Assembly (NCBI GenBank): GCA_030141605.1
Contig: JAQGDQ010002386.1
Location: 186,001-250,000 of the forward strand
Reading direction: 5' to 3'
DNA from: Tubiluchus corallicola
Lineage: Eukaryota; Animalia; Priapulida
DNA: 64,000 nucleotides
The position numbers and the translations under genes were made by a program. The first letter of the stretch is position 1, and every line of letters starts with the position of its first letter. The notes beneath the pieces are model-generated. The model was not told the DNA's origin. It worked only from the letters and a program-made list of their open reading frames with translations, and made no database searches. This document shows positions 12,101 to 24,502 of this stretch, one piece after another.

Positions 12101-15100
12101 CATAATTGTTGTTTATGAAGTAAAGATCATGACATTTTGGTAAAAATTGTGGTTATTTTCAATTGGGTGTGTTCCGTGTTTCGCAGCGGACTTTAGACTG
12201 CACACGTATTCGTGTCTGCAAGTGAAAACACACACAGTGCTCTGTACTTGAGACCAAGCTGTTTCGTTTACCTGTTCTTATATAGCAAGTCATATTGCCT
12301 GAACGCTATTTGATGTATTCTTCACTAATCCGCAACATTACCATAAATACGTAACGATCAATAAATCAACTGCTTTATCAGGGTGTAACATAGACCTTGT
12401 ATGTGTTTGCCTGGCATTAAATACCCACATGATTTTAAACAACGCAGTGTGGTTTATTTATTCTTTAATGTAGCTTGATCATTGCCTAGCTAGAACAAAA
12501 GAATTCAGTGTGTTGGTTATCCTCGTACTACAGCAGTGCATTTGGATTGTATAAAGTGTATAAAGGTACATTGTGTAAAGTTGGCTGTAACTTCATAGGA
12601 ATTTGCAACGAATATGGAAACTGTGATGGTTTGCCGTTGTTATACGATTTTGACCTAGGGACAACAAAAATGTCTGGATTTTTTTCTAAAATTTTCTCAA
12701 AAAGACATTCATCTTCTGACGTGGACGAAGAGACAACAGAAAAGGTAGAATCACCCAGAAAAGGAGAGAAACCAAAGCGAACTAAATCTGAGAAGAAAAG
12801 TAAGAAGAAGGGGGGAAGCTTCTTGGTTGAAGAAGTGAGTAGTACTAGAGAAGAATTAACAGAAGATGCAAAAGAACATCTGGAGGCAAGTAATGACCCA
12901 ACAGAAAACTTTGGCAGTAGACATGCAGGCAAAGATTCTAAGCCAGATGATACAGTATGCATTCAAGACATTGATATAAATATTGTTGAAAACACAGATG
13001 ATTTGGATGCAAATGAAAGCAGCATTGGCTTTGAATGGGGTGAAGAAGAGGAAAGTTTACTTGAAGAAGGTGATGATGTAGAAGTAGCTGGGTCTTCCAT
13101 TTTGTCCAATGAGGAATTATTTCTTGAAAAGGAAGGCAAAAAGGAAACTGATTCCGGAAAAACAGATCTACAGAAAGATGATCCGGGTGTTCTTATAAAA
13201 GATGAAGTCAAAGGAAGCAGTTTCTTGGAAGGTGTTTTAATTGCCCTAGAGCAAGATAAGCAAGTGATAAATATTCACGAAGAACAGGAATGTTTGTTAA
13301 AGACTGCACAAACAATGAGTGTACAGAAAGATCATTTTATGGAAATAAAGCAAAGTGATGAACATGTTTTGAGTGATGACACAGCAATATATTTACTGCA
13401 AGATAAGCAGATTTCTCTTGAATTTCAGCCAGTGAATTCTTTTCCAGAAGTTGTTAAAATGGAAAATCAAAATTCAGTTTCCGAAGTTACTGATAACAGA
13501 GAGGACAATGAATCATTTGAAGGGGATGCTAGTCATTTGGAAGAAAAAGCTATACAGCACATCAGGGTTAATGACATAACTGATGTAAGAGCCAAAATCC
13601 AAGAGGAAGTAAAAAGTAGTACTATCATTGACTCGAATTTTATTTCGCAATCATTCATCGATCAGAGTGGTGATGACATTAAGAAAGATCTGTTTATTGA
13701 AAACAATGTTTATGTTGAGCCTGTTGGTAGCTGCGATGAGGAAAATGGTAAACTAGAAAATTCACCAGACAGAGCTTTTACTTCAAAAAATACGAGCGAG
13801 CATGCAGATACTAAGGAGGAACTTTGTATAAAAAAAGAAACTGCAGTAGAAAGTGGAATAGTGAATACTGATGATTCTGGAAAAGTTGACCTAAGTCCTG
13901 TTGATAGTGATAATAAAATTGGTGTATTTGGCACTCCCGGCATCCTTCATTCGAGTGGTATTTCTTTTGGTGAAAATGACAGATCAAAACTACCAGCTGA
14001 GGTTAACCTTGAAGACATTTCAATCCTAAAAAGTGAAAATCACCTTTCTAATGATGATACTCAACAAGAACATTCCAGTCAAATCTCTGGCTCTAGTTTA
14101 GTTCTTGAATGCTCGATTCAAGGTGCAAACAAAACAGGAGGCAATTCACAACATTCCAGTCAAGACATAGATGTGAGCTCAAGTCAAGAACACTTCCCTC
14201 GGGAAATAGACAGTACCTCACGCCAAGAACATTCCTTTCAAAAAAACAATATTAACTCGAATTCAGAATCTTTTACAAAAGAAGTAGTCAGCAGTGAAGA
14301 CAATTCAGAATGTTTTACTAATGAAGCAGACTATAGCTTAAGTTTTGCAAGCAAAGTCAACATAAGTGCTGGGAAAGTAAAAATTGCAATTAACAATGGT
14401 AATAATTATCCTCAAGAAATTCTGCTCGATAATCAAGATGAGAAGAAACACGTTTGTGTAACGTCATTTGTGTCTGATAAACTTCTTTACCCTGATGGTC
14501 AACCTTGTGATGACAATACTGGTAAAACAATAGAAAAGAATGAGTTACCAGGAGGAAGCAATGAAACTGCAGATATGAAACTAAATATAGTACATGCCAG
14601 TCTTGGTACAGGTCCTTGGGCTGCTGTCATTGAAAGTGATGACAGAAACCTTGTGTGCAGCAACACCATTAAGCAAACAGGAGTAGTGGAAAATTCATCA
14701 ATAACTATTGTAGAACAAGACGTAGGAAAAAGAAATGATGCTGTCTTAAAAGGAAATGAAGAAAAAGGTAGCAGCTTTGGTGATGAAGTGAAGACAGAGG
14801 GAAGACAAGCAGCAGTTAACAACACTGGCTTTTTGGTTGATTCCGAACACCAAGATGAAAAATATGTAGACGATAGCTTAAATGTTACTGCTTCTACAGG
14901 TATCAATATAAATGCAAGTGTTGATGAAGATGTGTTTAATCTTGGTAACTCCATATCTGAGTCTGAGGAGTATACCATTGTACACGATGAAGAGAAAGCA
15001 TTGAATAACCAACCTATGACAGATGCTACACCAACTTCCAAAGTGTATGACTTAGATACTGTTGGAGTGGAAACTGCATCTGTAGACGATTTTGTTGAAG

Positions 15101-18100
15101 AAGCTGCTGATAAAGAAAAAATAAAAAATGAAACAAATGCTAATGTCAGAGAAGAGCAGGCAGATAGCTCTTTAACTGATAAAGAGAAGATCAAAAAAGA
15201 AGTTGACAATAGACATGAACATCAAGGTCGGAGACGGCTAAAATCGGCTGAAGCAGAAAAGGCTTCTGACTCCACATTTTCTGTTGCCCTTGGTAACACT
15301 GATGAGGTGCTTCTTATTCTTTTTTTTTAAATTTGTTATTTCGTTTATGCCATATCTGATTTGTGACTGAACTAGAATAAAAATTTGTAATGATATTAGT
15401 CTTTCATTGCATAATAATTGATAATATTAATGCTTATTTAACAACAAGTCTTTAACATGAAACAGATTTAGATCTTGATCAGGTATGGGACCATAACTCT
15501 TATTACAGGGCCAAGCTTTTTGGGTAGGAAGTTAATTGCTTAACAGGACTAACAGTTGAGTATTTAAACTGTGTTCATTCTTATATTGTGCATTTTGCAG
15601 TGTACTTTTTATGGCCAGAAGAGAAAATGCAAACCTTGTGTTAAGGTGGATGAGAACAATCAGATTACAAAAACGCCTAAGTGCATTAATTATTAGCAAT
15701 GATTATGTTTTTACCATACCTTGCCATAATAATTGTAAGAAACTCTGATTATGTGTAGAACCTTTACTGTTTATTCTAGTTTCCTATCATTTTTCTTTTC
15801 TGTAATATTAATTCACATAAATTGATTATTAGAATTTTGAATTTGTCTGGCTCATTTTTTTGGAGAGCAGAAAATTCTTGTTTTCTCCTTTTCTGATTAT
15901 CAATTTCTTTATCTGTAATATTTCCTCATTGATGTTCCAACTCCACCTTTACAGCTAAATCAAAGTCAGACTAATTGAATAACTTTTGCTTTTGTAGGCA
16001 GAGCAACGGCTGGCAGCAAAGAGAGCAGCAAGGGCAGAAGCAAGGAAGATTCGAATGCGGGAGGTAGAACGGCAGCAAGCAGAGGTATAATATATTATGT
16101 GCTTTGTCTTTTTAAAGTAGGTGTAGCTTTAAGTGCAGTATTCTTCAAATGTTTTTACTGTTGAGCTGTATTCTACCTGCTGTATTTCCTGTGCGAGTGA
16201 CAATTTTAATGCCTTTATTGGGCATTAATTTATACTGAAAAGAGATTCTATATGCATTTCTACAGCTTTTAGCCAGTTTTGGGACAGTCATAATTGGGGA
16301 GTGGACATAAAAGATCAAGTTGAAACGTTCAAATTCGATTGAAACAAGTTTTTTAGTTCAAATTCAACTTGAAATTTTAATAATTGAATCTAGTGATTTA
16401 ACACTTCAATTACAAAACTTTAAACAGAGATAAAATTTTGTCTGCAGTTACAAAATTATTAACTTGGATTAGCCTTTTGTACAATTTCCATTTATTAATT
16501 TACTTTTTTAGTAACTTGTAGCTAAATTAATGTTTTTACATGCAGCATTATTTTTTTTATTATTGAATTTGATTCAAATTTGAGTAAAATCAACTTTCAA
16601 GATTCAATTTCAAACCTTAAAAATAGATTTGGTGCATGTTCGCCCCATTCATATTTTCTTGTTTGCTATACTAGACTTCATAGATAACTGATACCCCAGT
16701 AAATCAGCAATGATGCAAAGTACTGGTGTTACTGATACATTTGTTATTCTATTCAGGCTGAATCAAATGAAGTTCGATATCGTGATGCTGCAGATGGAAC
16801 TCCCAGGGTATGTTAGTGATGTCATTCCAAACACACACGCATTCCATTCTTAACTGACACCTTTTTAATTCTTACACAGTTACATAATGTCGTTCTTAAG
16901 ACACGCACAATAAATGATGGTATTTATTTCACACTGAGTGAAGGATGTCACTCTTATTCTTAACTCCCTGTCGTAAATAATATCATTCTTTAATTGCTTG
17001 AGGAAATGATGATATTTTTAACTTACATACAGGAAATTATGTCAGTTTTACTTCACACTGAGTAATGATGCACTCTTTACTCAGATACAGTTAGTTTTGG
17101 TCACTATGCCAGAAAGCATTATATGGACTCACATTTTCTTGAACTTATTGCACAGAAATCTTTATAAATAGGTTTAATCTTACACCATTTTGCACTTCTT
17201 TAACTGAATGATTTTTTTTGTTCTAGACGTACACATCACGGGCTGGATCCGATTCATCTGTACGTTCCGGAAGGCGTGGTAGTGATGGTAGCGAATCAGA
17301 GGTTAAAGAACTTAAGGTAGTAACATTTCATTTTAAGAATTAGTTCATAGTTATTAGTAATCATTGTCAATATTTGTTGTAAAATAAGACAAGAAAAGAT
17401 ATTTATTCAGGATAACTTGTTTGAGCAAAGCTCGTTTACAACAAGGTTCTGATTAGTGCAATGTTTGCAAACACTTTTCAGGCTAATGCCAAAAGAAACA
17501 TATATTTTGAACAAAAACAAAACGCCAAAATTTAAAAGCAGTTCAAAAAGATAAAGTTTAGAATGCACAATACAATTAATTAGAGTAACACTCTTGATAA
17601 AAATTTTTAAGGTGACCGTTAAACAAGTTAATATTGCTACTGCTCCTTAATTCAGTTGACAAAGAATTCTCTACTTTAACCCTGCTGTAGTTTAGAGATT
17701 TTTGTCCAACTTGTGTTCGGCATAACAGTATTTGCAATTCTGACTGACCTTTTTCGATACTGATGTGAATATTCGAGAAAGTGTTGATTTAAAGGGTTTT
17801 GGTCACTTTTAAGAATTTTGTACATAAAGTATGCCATTTGCATTAGCCTTCGGATTTCCAGTGGTAACCAGTTTAGTGCATTGTGATAATGTGTTCGCAT
17901 GCGTCACATTTTAAAATAATTCGTGCATCCCTGTTATGCATGATCTGTAATCTGCTCAGTGATGTAGTTTCAGCAATAATGTACTATGATAAACAGTAGT
18001 CAAAATATGGTAGCATTAAACTGTTATGAATCGGCATTGCAGCAAGTGGAGTGAGATTTTGACGAGTTCTACAGAAATAACCAATGTTTTTATTAATCTT

Positions 18101-21100
18101 ACTTCTCACGAAATCTATATGCGCTGTAAATTTTAAACTAGAATCATCTATTACACTATGAACTATGAAAATACACCTTTAGAAGTATTTTGTGGTTGTT
18201 ATGGAATTTAGAAGCTTGTTGTCATAAGACAGTTGAATGTTAGGGTCTTCTAAAGATGTAAGTTTTTGATTAGTGCCAAACAGCATTACATCGATTTTAT
18301 TTAAATTTAAAACTAATTTATTTTTGAAGAACCAGTCTGATGCTTTTCCAAGTTCATGCAATAGGACTTTGGTTCTTGTCTGGAGTGATTTATGCTGATA
18401 GATCAGTACTGCATCATCAGCGTACATAAAACAACCAGCATTTTTGCAATTTTGAGGAAATCATTAATGTACAGGATAATCAAAAGAGGAATGAGAACCA
18501 AACCCTGAGTAACCTCAATTTCAATATTACTAATAATGGTAGTAATAATGGTTTGAATATTCGTTTACCACCTGGCTCAATTTTGTTAGTAAAAATAGTA
18601 TAAGTTTTGCGATTTGAAACTTTGTGATCGATTTACAGTACGTTGGTCTTAAATTTAAGTTTTTTGTGATTTGGTTATGAAAGCTTATTTGTCTAATCTG
18701 TTTACGTAATGAGACTGAAAGGCCTATCCATTACTGTCTATTTAGTGATTGTATATACACTGCTGAGAGTATGAAAATAATATATTATCATCTCATTTTG
18801 CCCTCAGTGCACTGTCTATAGCTTCATTTACTGCACAGTGGTATTTCTGTTGGGTCCTCGTGAATTGTACATGCATTATCTTAATGAGTCTTCTCAATTT
18901 ACACCATTATGAGGTTTAATTTATTACAAGTGACCATGCCCTTCTTTTAAGACTAGACGTAAACAGGTGCTGTTCAGTTGCCTGTGCCTTGTTCATTGTC
19001 TGGACTGGTGTGTCTTCTTAGAGAATTATCATTGATAATGATGTAGGATTTTGATCTACTACGATCATCTGTATGGTGCCAAACAGTACAAAAATGACTT
19101 TTGCATTTTTCATTAAGTGAAACAAAATTTAGCCGAATTTTCCATTTATAATAATTTTTGGTGCTTTTGCAGAAAGATCTATCTGACTTGGAGGAAAAGT
19201 TTAAGAAATCAATGATAACTAATGCACAGCTAGACAATGAGAAATCAACTTTGATGTATCAACTAGATTTACTAAAAGATGATCTAGAAATGAAAGATGA
19301 AACGATGTGTCAATTACAACGTGAGATTAAAGACATGTCTAGGGTAAGTAGAAATTGAGGTCATTTGACAAATTGACACATCACTTCCTATGTGAGATTA
19401 AGGAAACTCGGGTATGTGGAAACCGACATCATTTAAGGAAATGATGTTAGCTACGATTTGAAAATTTAAACTATTTATCAAAGTCAGGTTACTTACATCA
19501 TGAGATTAAGGATGTATTTAAGGTAAGTGGAAACTGAGATGAAATGATGTCAGTTACAACATGAGATTGATGGTGTGTCTAAGGTAAATGAAAATTGAGA
19601 CTATTTGACAAAGTGATTTGATTTTATAAGACATTTTTAAATGTAATTATGCTGATGACCGTCGTTGTTGTTTTTTCTTATAATTTTATAATTATCTTAT
19701 CGTTTTTCAGGAATACGACTTTGCCAAACGGGATTTAGATTCCTCAAATAAGCAAGTAACGAATCTCAAAGAACAAGTCCAGCATCTGATCACGTTGATT
19801 CAGGTGAAGCCAGCCAGTTTTCACTGCTCTTTTGTTTGCTAATGCAATTCTGGTGTATGATTTTCTGTAAAACTTGATAAAATAGAGACACAGAATGTGA
19901 ATATAATTCCAGTGATTTAATGAACTTGGTGACACCTCTTAAATTAACACAGACACGTGCGCCGGCAGGCGGATGCACTGACACACATGCGTCCACAGAA
20001 TTTCTTGAGAAAAATTTTTTTGTGACTAAATAAAATTTTTTAGCAGTAAACCAAGAAACACATCAACCCCTTGTTATTATTAACAAATAATTATTAAATT
20101 TTGTGTGAGCAGTGGATGGGCTGTAAACTTAACAGTCTTAAATCGGTTTTATGTTTGACTATCCACATTTTGCTGGATAGATAATCTTGACACTAAATAA
20201 TAATTAATAAATTAAGCTTAAGTAATTGGTCATCCACATTCCAAGTGTATTACGAATTCGCTTTTAAGATATATGACTACTACAATAGAATACAATGAAT
20301 ATTACCTAGGTAAATGTAGGTAAAATATATTTATCTGAGCAGAATTTTTCACATTTGAGGAAGTCTGCGTACCAGAATTTAAATCTCATTTGAGGCCTCC
20401 AACACAAACAAAATAAACAGCTATTGAGGTGATACAAAAAGGTGTTAAGGTTTGATTACAGTATTCACCTGTAAGTGTAATAAACTCTAATAATGTGTCA
20501 ATTCAATTCACATCTCATGTTACATGTGATGATGATTCCCGCAAGGAGAGTTAAAATATTATATTTAAATTTTAAAACCTTTTTTAAATTTCCTCTATAT
20601 CTGTTGCTGTTTGCCTTTTGCCAATGATTTGCATTTTTAGGGCCATTTACAAGTGTTTGAAAATTGTGTTAGTTTGTTATTTATGTAGTAATTAGTTTTT
20701 CGATAGTGAGCCCCTAATTTTTAGATAAAAAAGGTAAGTTCACTCTAATTGGAGTAAAGAAAGTAAAATCTTGCACACACATTTGCCATGCCACTTGTAC
20801 ATATTTAGAATGCTGCTTTATTTGGTAAACAGACATTCTACGCTCTTTGCCTGTTTGAGCTTGAGTTTTAGGTATAAACTGCTTTCACATATTAAAAAAT
20901 ATGTAAATTATAGTGAAGCTTCATTTATGATCTAAAATTTATTAAAATTTATATTAATAGCTATATTTGTTTACATAGTTTATTGTCAGCACTTCTCGCT
21001 GACAGAGACAACAGAACAGAGACAAGGTTTATTCACTGTGAGAACTAGTGGCATTTCGTAGCTGCTGTAGAGGCATGTAACTTGCTCAGAGTAATTTCTC

Positions 21101-24100
21101 TGAACGCTACTGCAAGATCTGTCACGAAATTTGGCCACGCTTACTGATAGAGAGTAACTCACAGCACGTCTTGCTCTCTAATGTCACTCGTTGATGTAAG
21201 TGTTGTTACACATGTTTAGGAGCATGGGCTGGTCCTAGTCGGTGCCGGTGATTCAATGAAACTAGAAGCTGATACCGGACGGGTAAAGGAAGGAGAGGAG
21301 CTGCCTTTAGCAATTCTGTCCCAACAAACTGCCAAAATTTTAGATGAAGCTGGTGATGGATCTTTAGGTACAGTCTTTTATTTTTCTGTGGTTTTTGCTA
21401 GTTTGGGTTTATCAGTTAATTAAAAAAGTATAGGGTGTTCCAAAAAATGGTGTACTAATAAATGCTATAAGCATACAAATATTACACAAGGCTGGACTTA
21501 GGAGGAGTGGGCCCTACTGAAAACAGTTTTGGTGGTCTTCTCAGTATGTAGAATTATAAAAAGTACAATTTTATATGCTTTATAGTTTGTATTTTTAATG
21601 GAAACCAATTAAAATGTGCACTTAGAAAGCGTGGTGCTTGTGAGTTAATGGACCAACAGCTACATTTTAAAATAAAACTGCATAACATGTAAGTCGGATA
21701 AGCAGCAAACAAAATGTCTAGATCACTACTGGAAAGTGCATAGTTTGGGGACACCCTCCGATTCCGTCTGAATTTAGCCTACTTTATGTTTGGTCACCGA
21801 GATGTGCATGTACATAAAGATTCACTAAAGTAATTTCGTCACATGATACTGTTAAAAAATTCTATACCCTCATATCTCGGTTTGCCGGACAAAAGCGGGA
21901 AGACATCGGTCCGAATTTGCCAATTGTCCGTATTTACCGATACTAAGCTAATACAGTAGGGGCTGTGTGTTAGACTCACGGCAATGTAGAAGCAAAACAA
22001 CAGATTGTGTCTGTAATATGCGGGACTTTTTAACGGTTCACATTCTGTCCGATTCTTCCAATATCCGTAAAAGAAAGATCCGGCAAACCGAGATATGGGC
22101 ATATGTTTACGTATATTTAAAAGCCCTCGACACTTGGTTTAATTGTTTACGTATGTTTTTTTAAGCATACTAAGTGTAGTTTCTTAAGTAGCTAAAAGCT
22201 ACACTAAGTATACTAAATAGTCACAGCTTCGTAAATTAGGAGATAATCCAAAGATCAAGTATACTTACTCTTAATGGGCTTATTCAAATTAGTGTCCGTA
22301 CACTTTACAAACACTTCTACACTTTATGGGTGACATAGAACTACCTCAAATTCCATGCCTAATTGTGGTGCAAAATAAGTTATGTAGCACACTTTGTAGA
22401 TGGTCCATTTTATGACTTGTGCTCTTTTCACAGCCCTGGTTGCCCATATTGAAGGTTTAAGCAAAATAGCAAAAATAGTGATGTCTATAAAAAACTCAAG
22501 ATTATTTTCACGTATTGTCATATTTCTACAAAACCGTTAATTTTTAAACACCCTGTATATTTTATATTAAATGAAATAAGTACAATGTTATTATCTTTGT
22601 AAAGCTTTCTCTCAACTTATACATAGATATGGCTTATAAAAAGCATCAGATAGTAAAAATTGGTCTCTTGCCTTCTGTATATTGTAATTCTAAGTAGTGA
22701 CAAGTGCTTGTAGTGTACTAGATTTGTAGTAAGTGAATTTGCAAGTTATGTACTATTTAGGAAATGATAGTGGCATTTTTTCATTTAAGTGGTAAAATAT
22801 TTGCTGTATTACTAGACTCTTTTTAGTTATTACCTATCTATAGGGTTTTATAGGTGTAAACTGAGCACTTTGTGCCATTTTCAAGTTTTTTTTTAAATCT
22901 GTAGAAGAACGATTGAGAAAGTTTGCTGAGGAGAAGAAGGATTTAGAGGATAGAGTGCGTCGTCTTCGTATGACTCTGGAGGAGGAAAGGGAAGCTAATT
23001 CGCAAGCACTGAAAGAGGCTCACAAAGTCTCCATGGCCTTGAACGGTTTAGACGATGATAGAAATCCTCGTATGTTTTCTACAGCTTACCCTATCGACTT
23101 GTCTATCAGTGAAGCCAAACATGTCAAACTCTAATTCTTTCACTTTGGACTACCTGCATTTAGTTCATCTCATTGAAGAATTTAGCAATGTTAAACTCCA
23201 ATTCATCATCTCTATAGTTTTCCTGTCTGTCTGTCTTTCTCATTTTACTATATAGTTCATCACATGTATATTATTTACAGTGATTATTACTATGAAACTT
23301 CTGTTTTACAGGTGATTCTGGTGAATCAAGGATAAAACTAATGAAAGCTGAACAAGAAGTAGCTTCGTTACAGTCTAGTGTGAGTATTTTTACTGTATTG
23401 TAGTAGCAATAGCAATCCGTTGGATTTCGTATTGAAATTAGTGCTTAAATTTAATGTGGTTGAGTTGTAAGTGAAAACTACTTTTAGTTTTGTTCTTATC
23501 CAATGGGATCTATTGTAATTCTTCGCAACTTTGTAATGCTTTACCGTATTTTTGACAGGCTTGGCATTCTTGAATACAGTTTTCATTTTTCTATCTTGCA
23601 GCGCTAGTTTTATTAAAATCTGCTGAGCAGTCGCAATAAATTTTTATACTGTAACAATGTCAAAGTTGTAGCGAAACAGTGTTATGGATGGGAAGAATAC
23701 TTTGCCAAGTGTCCAAGTGTACGTCCAGTAAATAAACTGTTGTCTAGTAAATAAATACAGAGTTAACCTTGGCAGTGAGATAAGTTCTGGTTCTGGCATA
23801 AACAAGCCTTGCCATTGAGCCTTTGATTCTGATTTGCAGTATATAGAATGGTGTAACCTGTTTCTCAGTATTTTGAATGTTGAGGGCAGTCTTTGGTGAG
23901 ACTTGTTGTTTTGTTAATAAAACAAAAGATAATATTAATCTGAATTTATAAATATATATTGACTTTTCGTTATTTATAGTTGAATAGAAACGAACGTGAT
24001 TTAAAAAGGGCGCAGCAACAAGTACAAGAATTAGAACAAGAAATTGATGACCTAAAGACTGATAAACGCAAGACCCAAAGAGAGGTAATAACATTTAGTC

Positions 24101-24502
24101 TGCATTATTGTCTGAGTAGTGACTTAGAATCTACTTTGGGTGGGGTATACTGCACTAAGCAGCCCATTTAATTATGAGATTCTTGTAATAAAATGATTGC
24201 TGGGTTAGAATCCTCACCACTAGCTGTTTCTAATTCAGCTCTACCTTTTAACAAAATAATGTTCTAAATTAATGCAAATTTTTTAAAACACGTGTTTTAA
24301 TTTGATGTAATGAAAATTGGGTTATGAATAAAATGTCCATTTTATTTGTATTAATATTATTAGTTTAATAGTTACTTTGTCTGATGTTTAGCTTCGCGAA
24401 GCCAAATCTCGGATAGAGGAGGTTGAAACAGAAAAGGGTCACTTGCAAAAGCGACTAGACAAACTTAGGAAAGAACGTATTAATGCAATGACGAACGGGT
24501 GA
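9086..24502 (+). CDS. LRRFIP2: Leucine-rich repeat flightless-interacting protein (LRRFIP1/2 family), spliced; short isoform ~397 aa from exons 9086-9190, 15998-16084, 16757-16807, 17227-17316, 19173-19343, 19711-19803, 21220-21367, 22905-23069, 23312-23379, 23980-24084, 24392-24502
   Basis: All exons have AG/GT boundaries and join in phase into one ORF; hallmark motifs recalled from human LRRFIP2: GRRR..AEDDALSKITKE|AEQRLAAKRAARAEARKIRMREVERQQ, EEKFKKSMITNAQLDNEK, EHGLVL..LSQQTAKILDEAGDGSL, RLRKFAEEK, KLMKAEQE, KRKTQRELR..HLQKRLDK. Invertebrate single-copy ortholog of LRRFIP1/2, so the symbol is nominal. Confidence 0.93.
12670..15306 (+). CDS. LRRFIP2: Giant alternative first coding exon of LRRFIP (879 codons, acidic/low-complexity, probably disordered)
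   Basis: Uninterrupted ORF 12508-15330 inside LRRFIP intron; ATG in aaaaATG context at 12670; donor GAG|gtgctt at 15307 is phase 0, matching the phase-0 exon at 15998. Confidence 0.75.
15998..16084 (+). CDS. LRRFIP2: LRRFIP exon AEQRLAAKRAARAEARKIRMREVERQQAE
   Basis: ttttgtag acceptor, gtataa donor, near-invariant LRRFIP helix motif. Confidence 0.95.
16757..16807 (+). CDS. LRRFIP2: LRRFIP exon AESNEVRYRDAADGTPR
   Basis: attcag acceptor, AGG|gtatgt donor, 51 nt, phase 0-0. Confidence 0.75.
17227..17316 (+). CDS. LRRFIP2: LRRFIP exon TYTSRAGSDSSVRSGRRGSDGSESEVKELK
   Basis: ttttgttctag acceptor, AAG|gtagta donor; RRGS and ELK motifs as in LRRFIP2. Confidence 0.88.
17390..18540 (-). mobile_element. 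5'-truncated degenerate LINE (CR1/L2-like) in LRRFIP intron, antisense
   Basis: VTQG..YIND..MYADDAVL..WFFKNKLVLNLNK..LNWLPLEIRR, then 3'UTR with aataaa near 17402. Confidence 0.85.
19173..19343 (+). CDS. LRRFIP2: LRRFIP coiled-coil exon KDLSDLEEKFKKSMITNAQLDNEK...
   Basis: ttttgcag acceptor, AGG|gtaagt donor; NAQLDNEK signature. Confidence 0.95.
19296..19616 (+). repeat. Degenerate tandem copies of LRRFIP exon 3' end plus donor site
   Basis: tgagatta...gg|gta(a/t)gt.gaaa unit at ~19322, 19393, 19501, 19562. Confidence 0.8.
19711..19803 (+). CDS. LRRFIP2: LRRFIP exon EYDFAKRDLDSSNKQVTNLKEQVQHLITLIQ
   Basis: tttttcag acceptor, CAG|gtgaag donor, phase 0-0, heptad pattern. Confidence 0.85.
21220..21367 (+). 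CDS. LRRFIP2: LRRFIP exon EHGLVLVG...LSQQTAKILDEAGDGSL
   Basis: gtttag acceptor, G|gtacag donor (phase 1); matches HGLV...SQEAAQVLESAGEGPL pattern. Confidence 0.9.
21431..22555. mobile_element. Tc1/mariner-type non-autonomous element with TA flanks
   Basis: ta|tagggtgttccaaaaa ... tttttaaacaccctg|ta imperfect TIR pair. Confidence 0.5.
21865..22103. mobile_element. Nested MITE (pogo/Tc1-like ends)
   Basis: Perfect 19-bp inverted repeat catatctcggtttgccgga (21871-21889) / tccggcaaaccgagatatg (22079-22097), TA at both outer ends. Confidence 0.7.
22905..23069 (+). CDS. LRRFIP2: LRRFIP exon (E)ERLRKFAEEKKDLEDRVRRLRMTLEEER...
   Basis: ctgtag acceptor phase 1, C|gtatgt donor phase 1. Confidence 0.9.
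23312..23379 (+). CDS. LRRFIP2: LRRFIP exon (R)DSGESRIKLMKAEQEVASLQSS
   Basis: ttttacag acceptor, AGT|gtgagt donor; KL.KAEQ motif. Confidence 0.88.
23980..24084 (+). CDS. LRRFIP2: LRRFIP exon LNRNERDLKRAQQQ...KTDKRKTQRE
   Basis: tttatag acceptor, GAG|gtaata donor; LK.(D/E)KRK.QRE motif. Confidence 0.9.
24392..24502 (+). CDS. LRRFIP2: LRRFIP terminal coding exon LREAKSRIEEVETEKGHLQKRLDKLRKERINAMTNG*
   Basis: gtttag acceptor, TGA 24500-24502; HL.KRL.K motif. Confidence 0.9.
   Translation, partial: LREAKSRIEEVETEKGHLQKRLDKLRKERINAMTNG

Noticed and set aside
12528-15209. Ser/Phe-rich - strand ORFs (144, 82, 77, 236 aa)
   Set aside because: Antisense shadows of the acidic + strand exon
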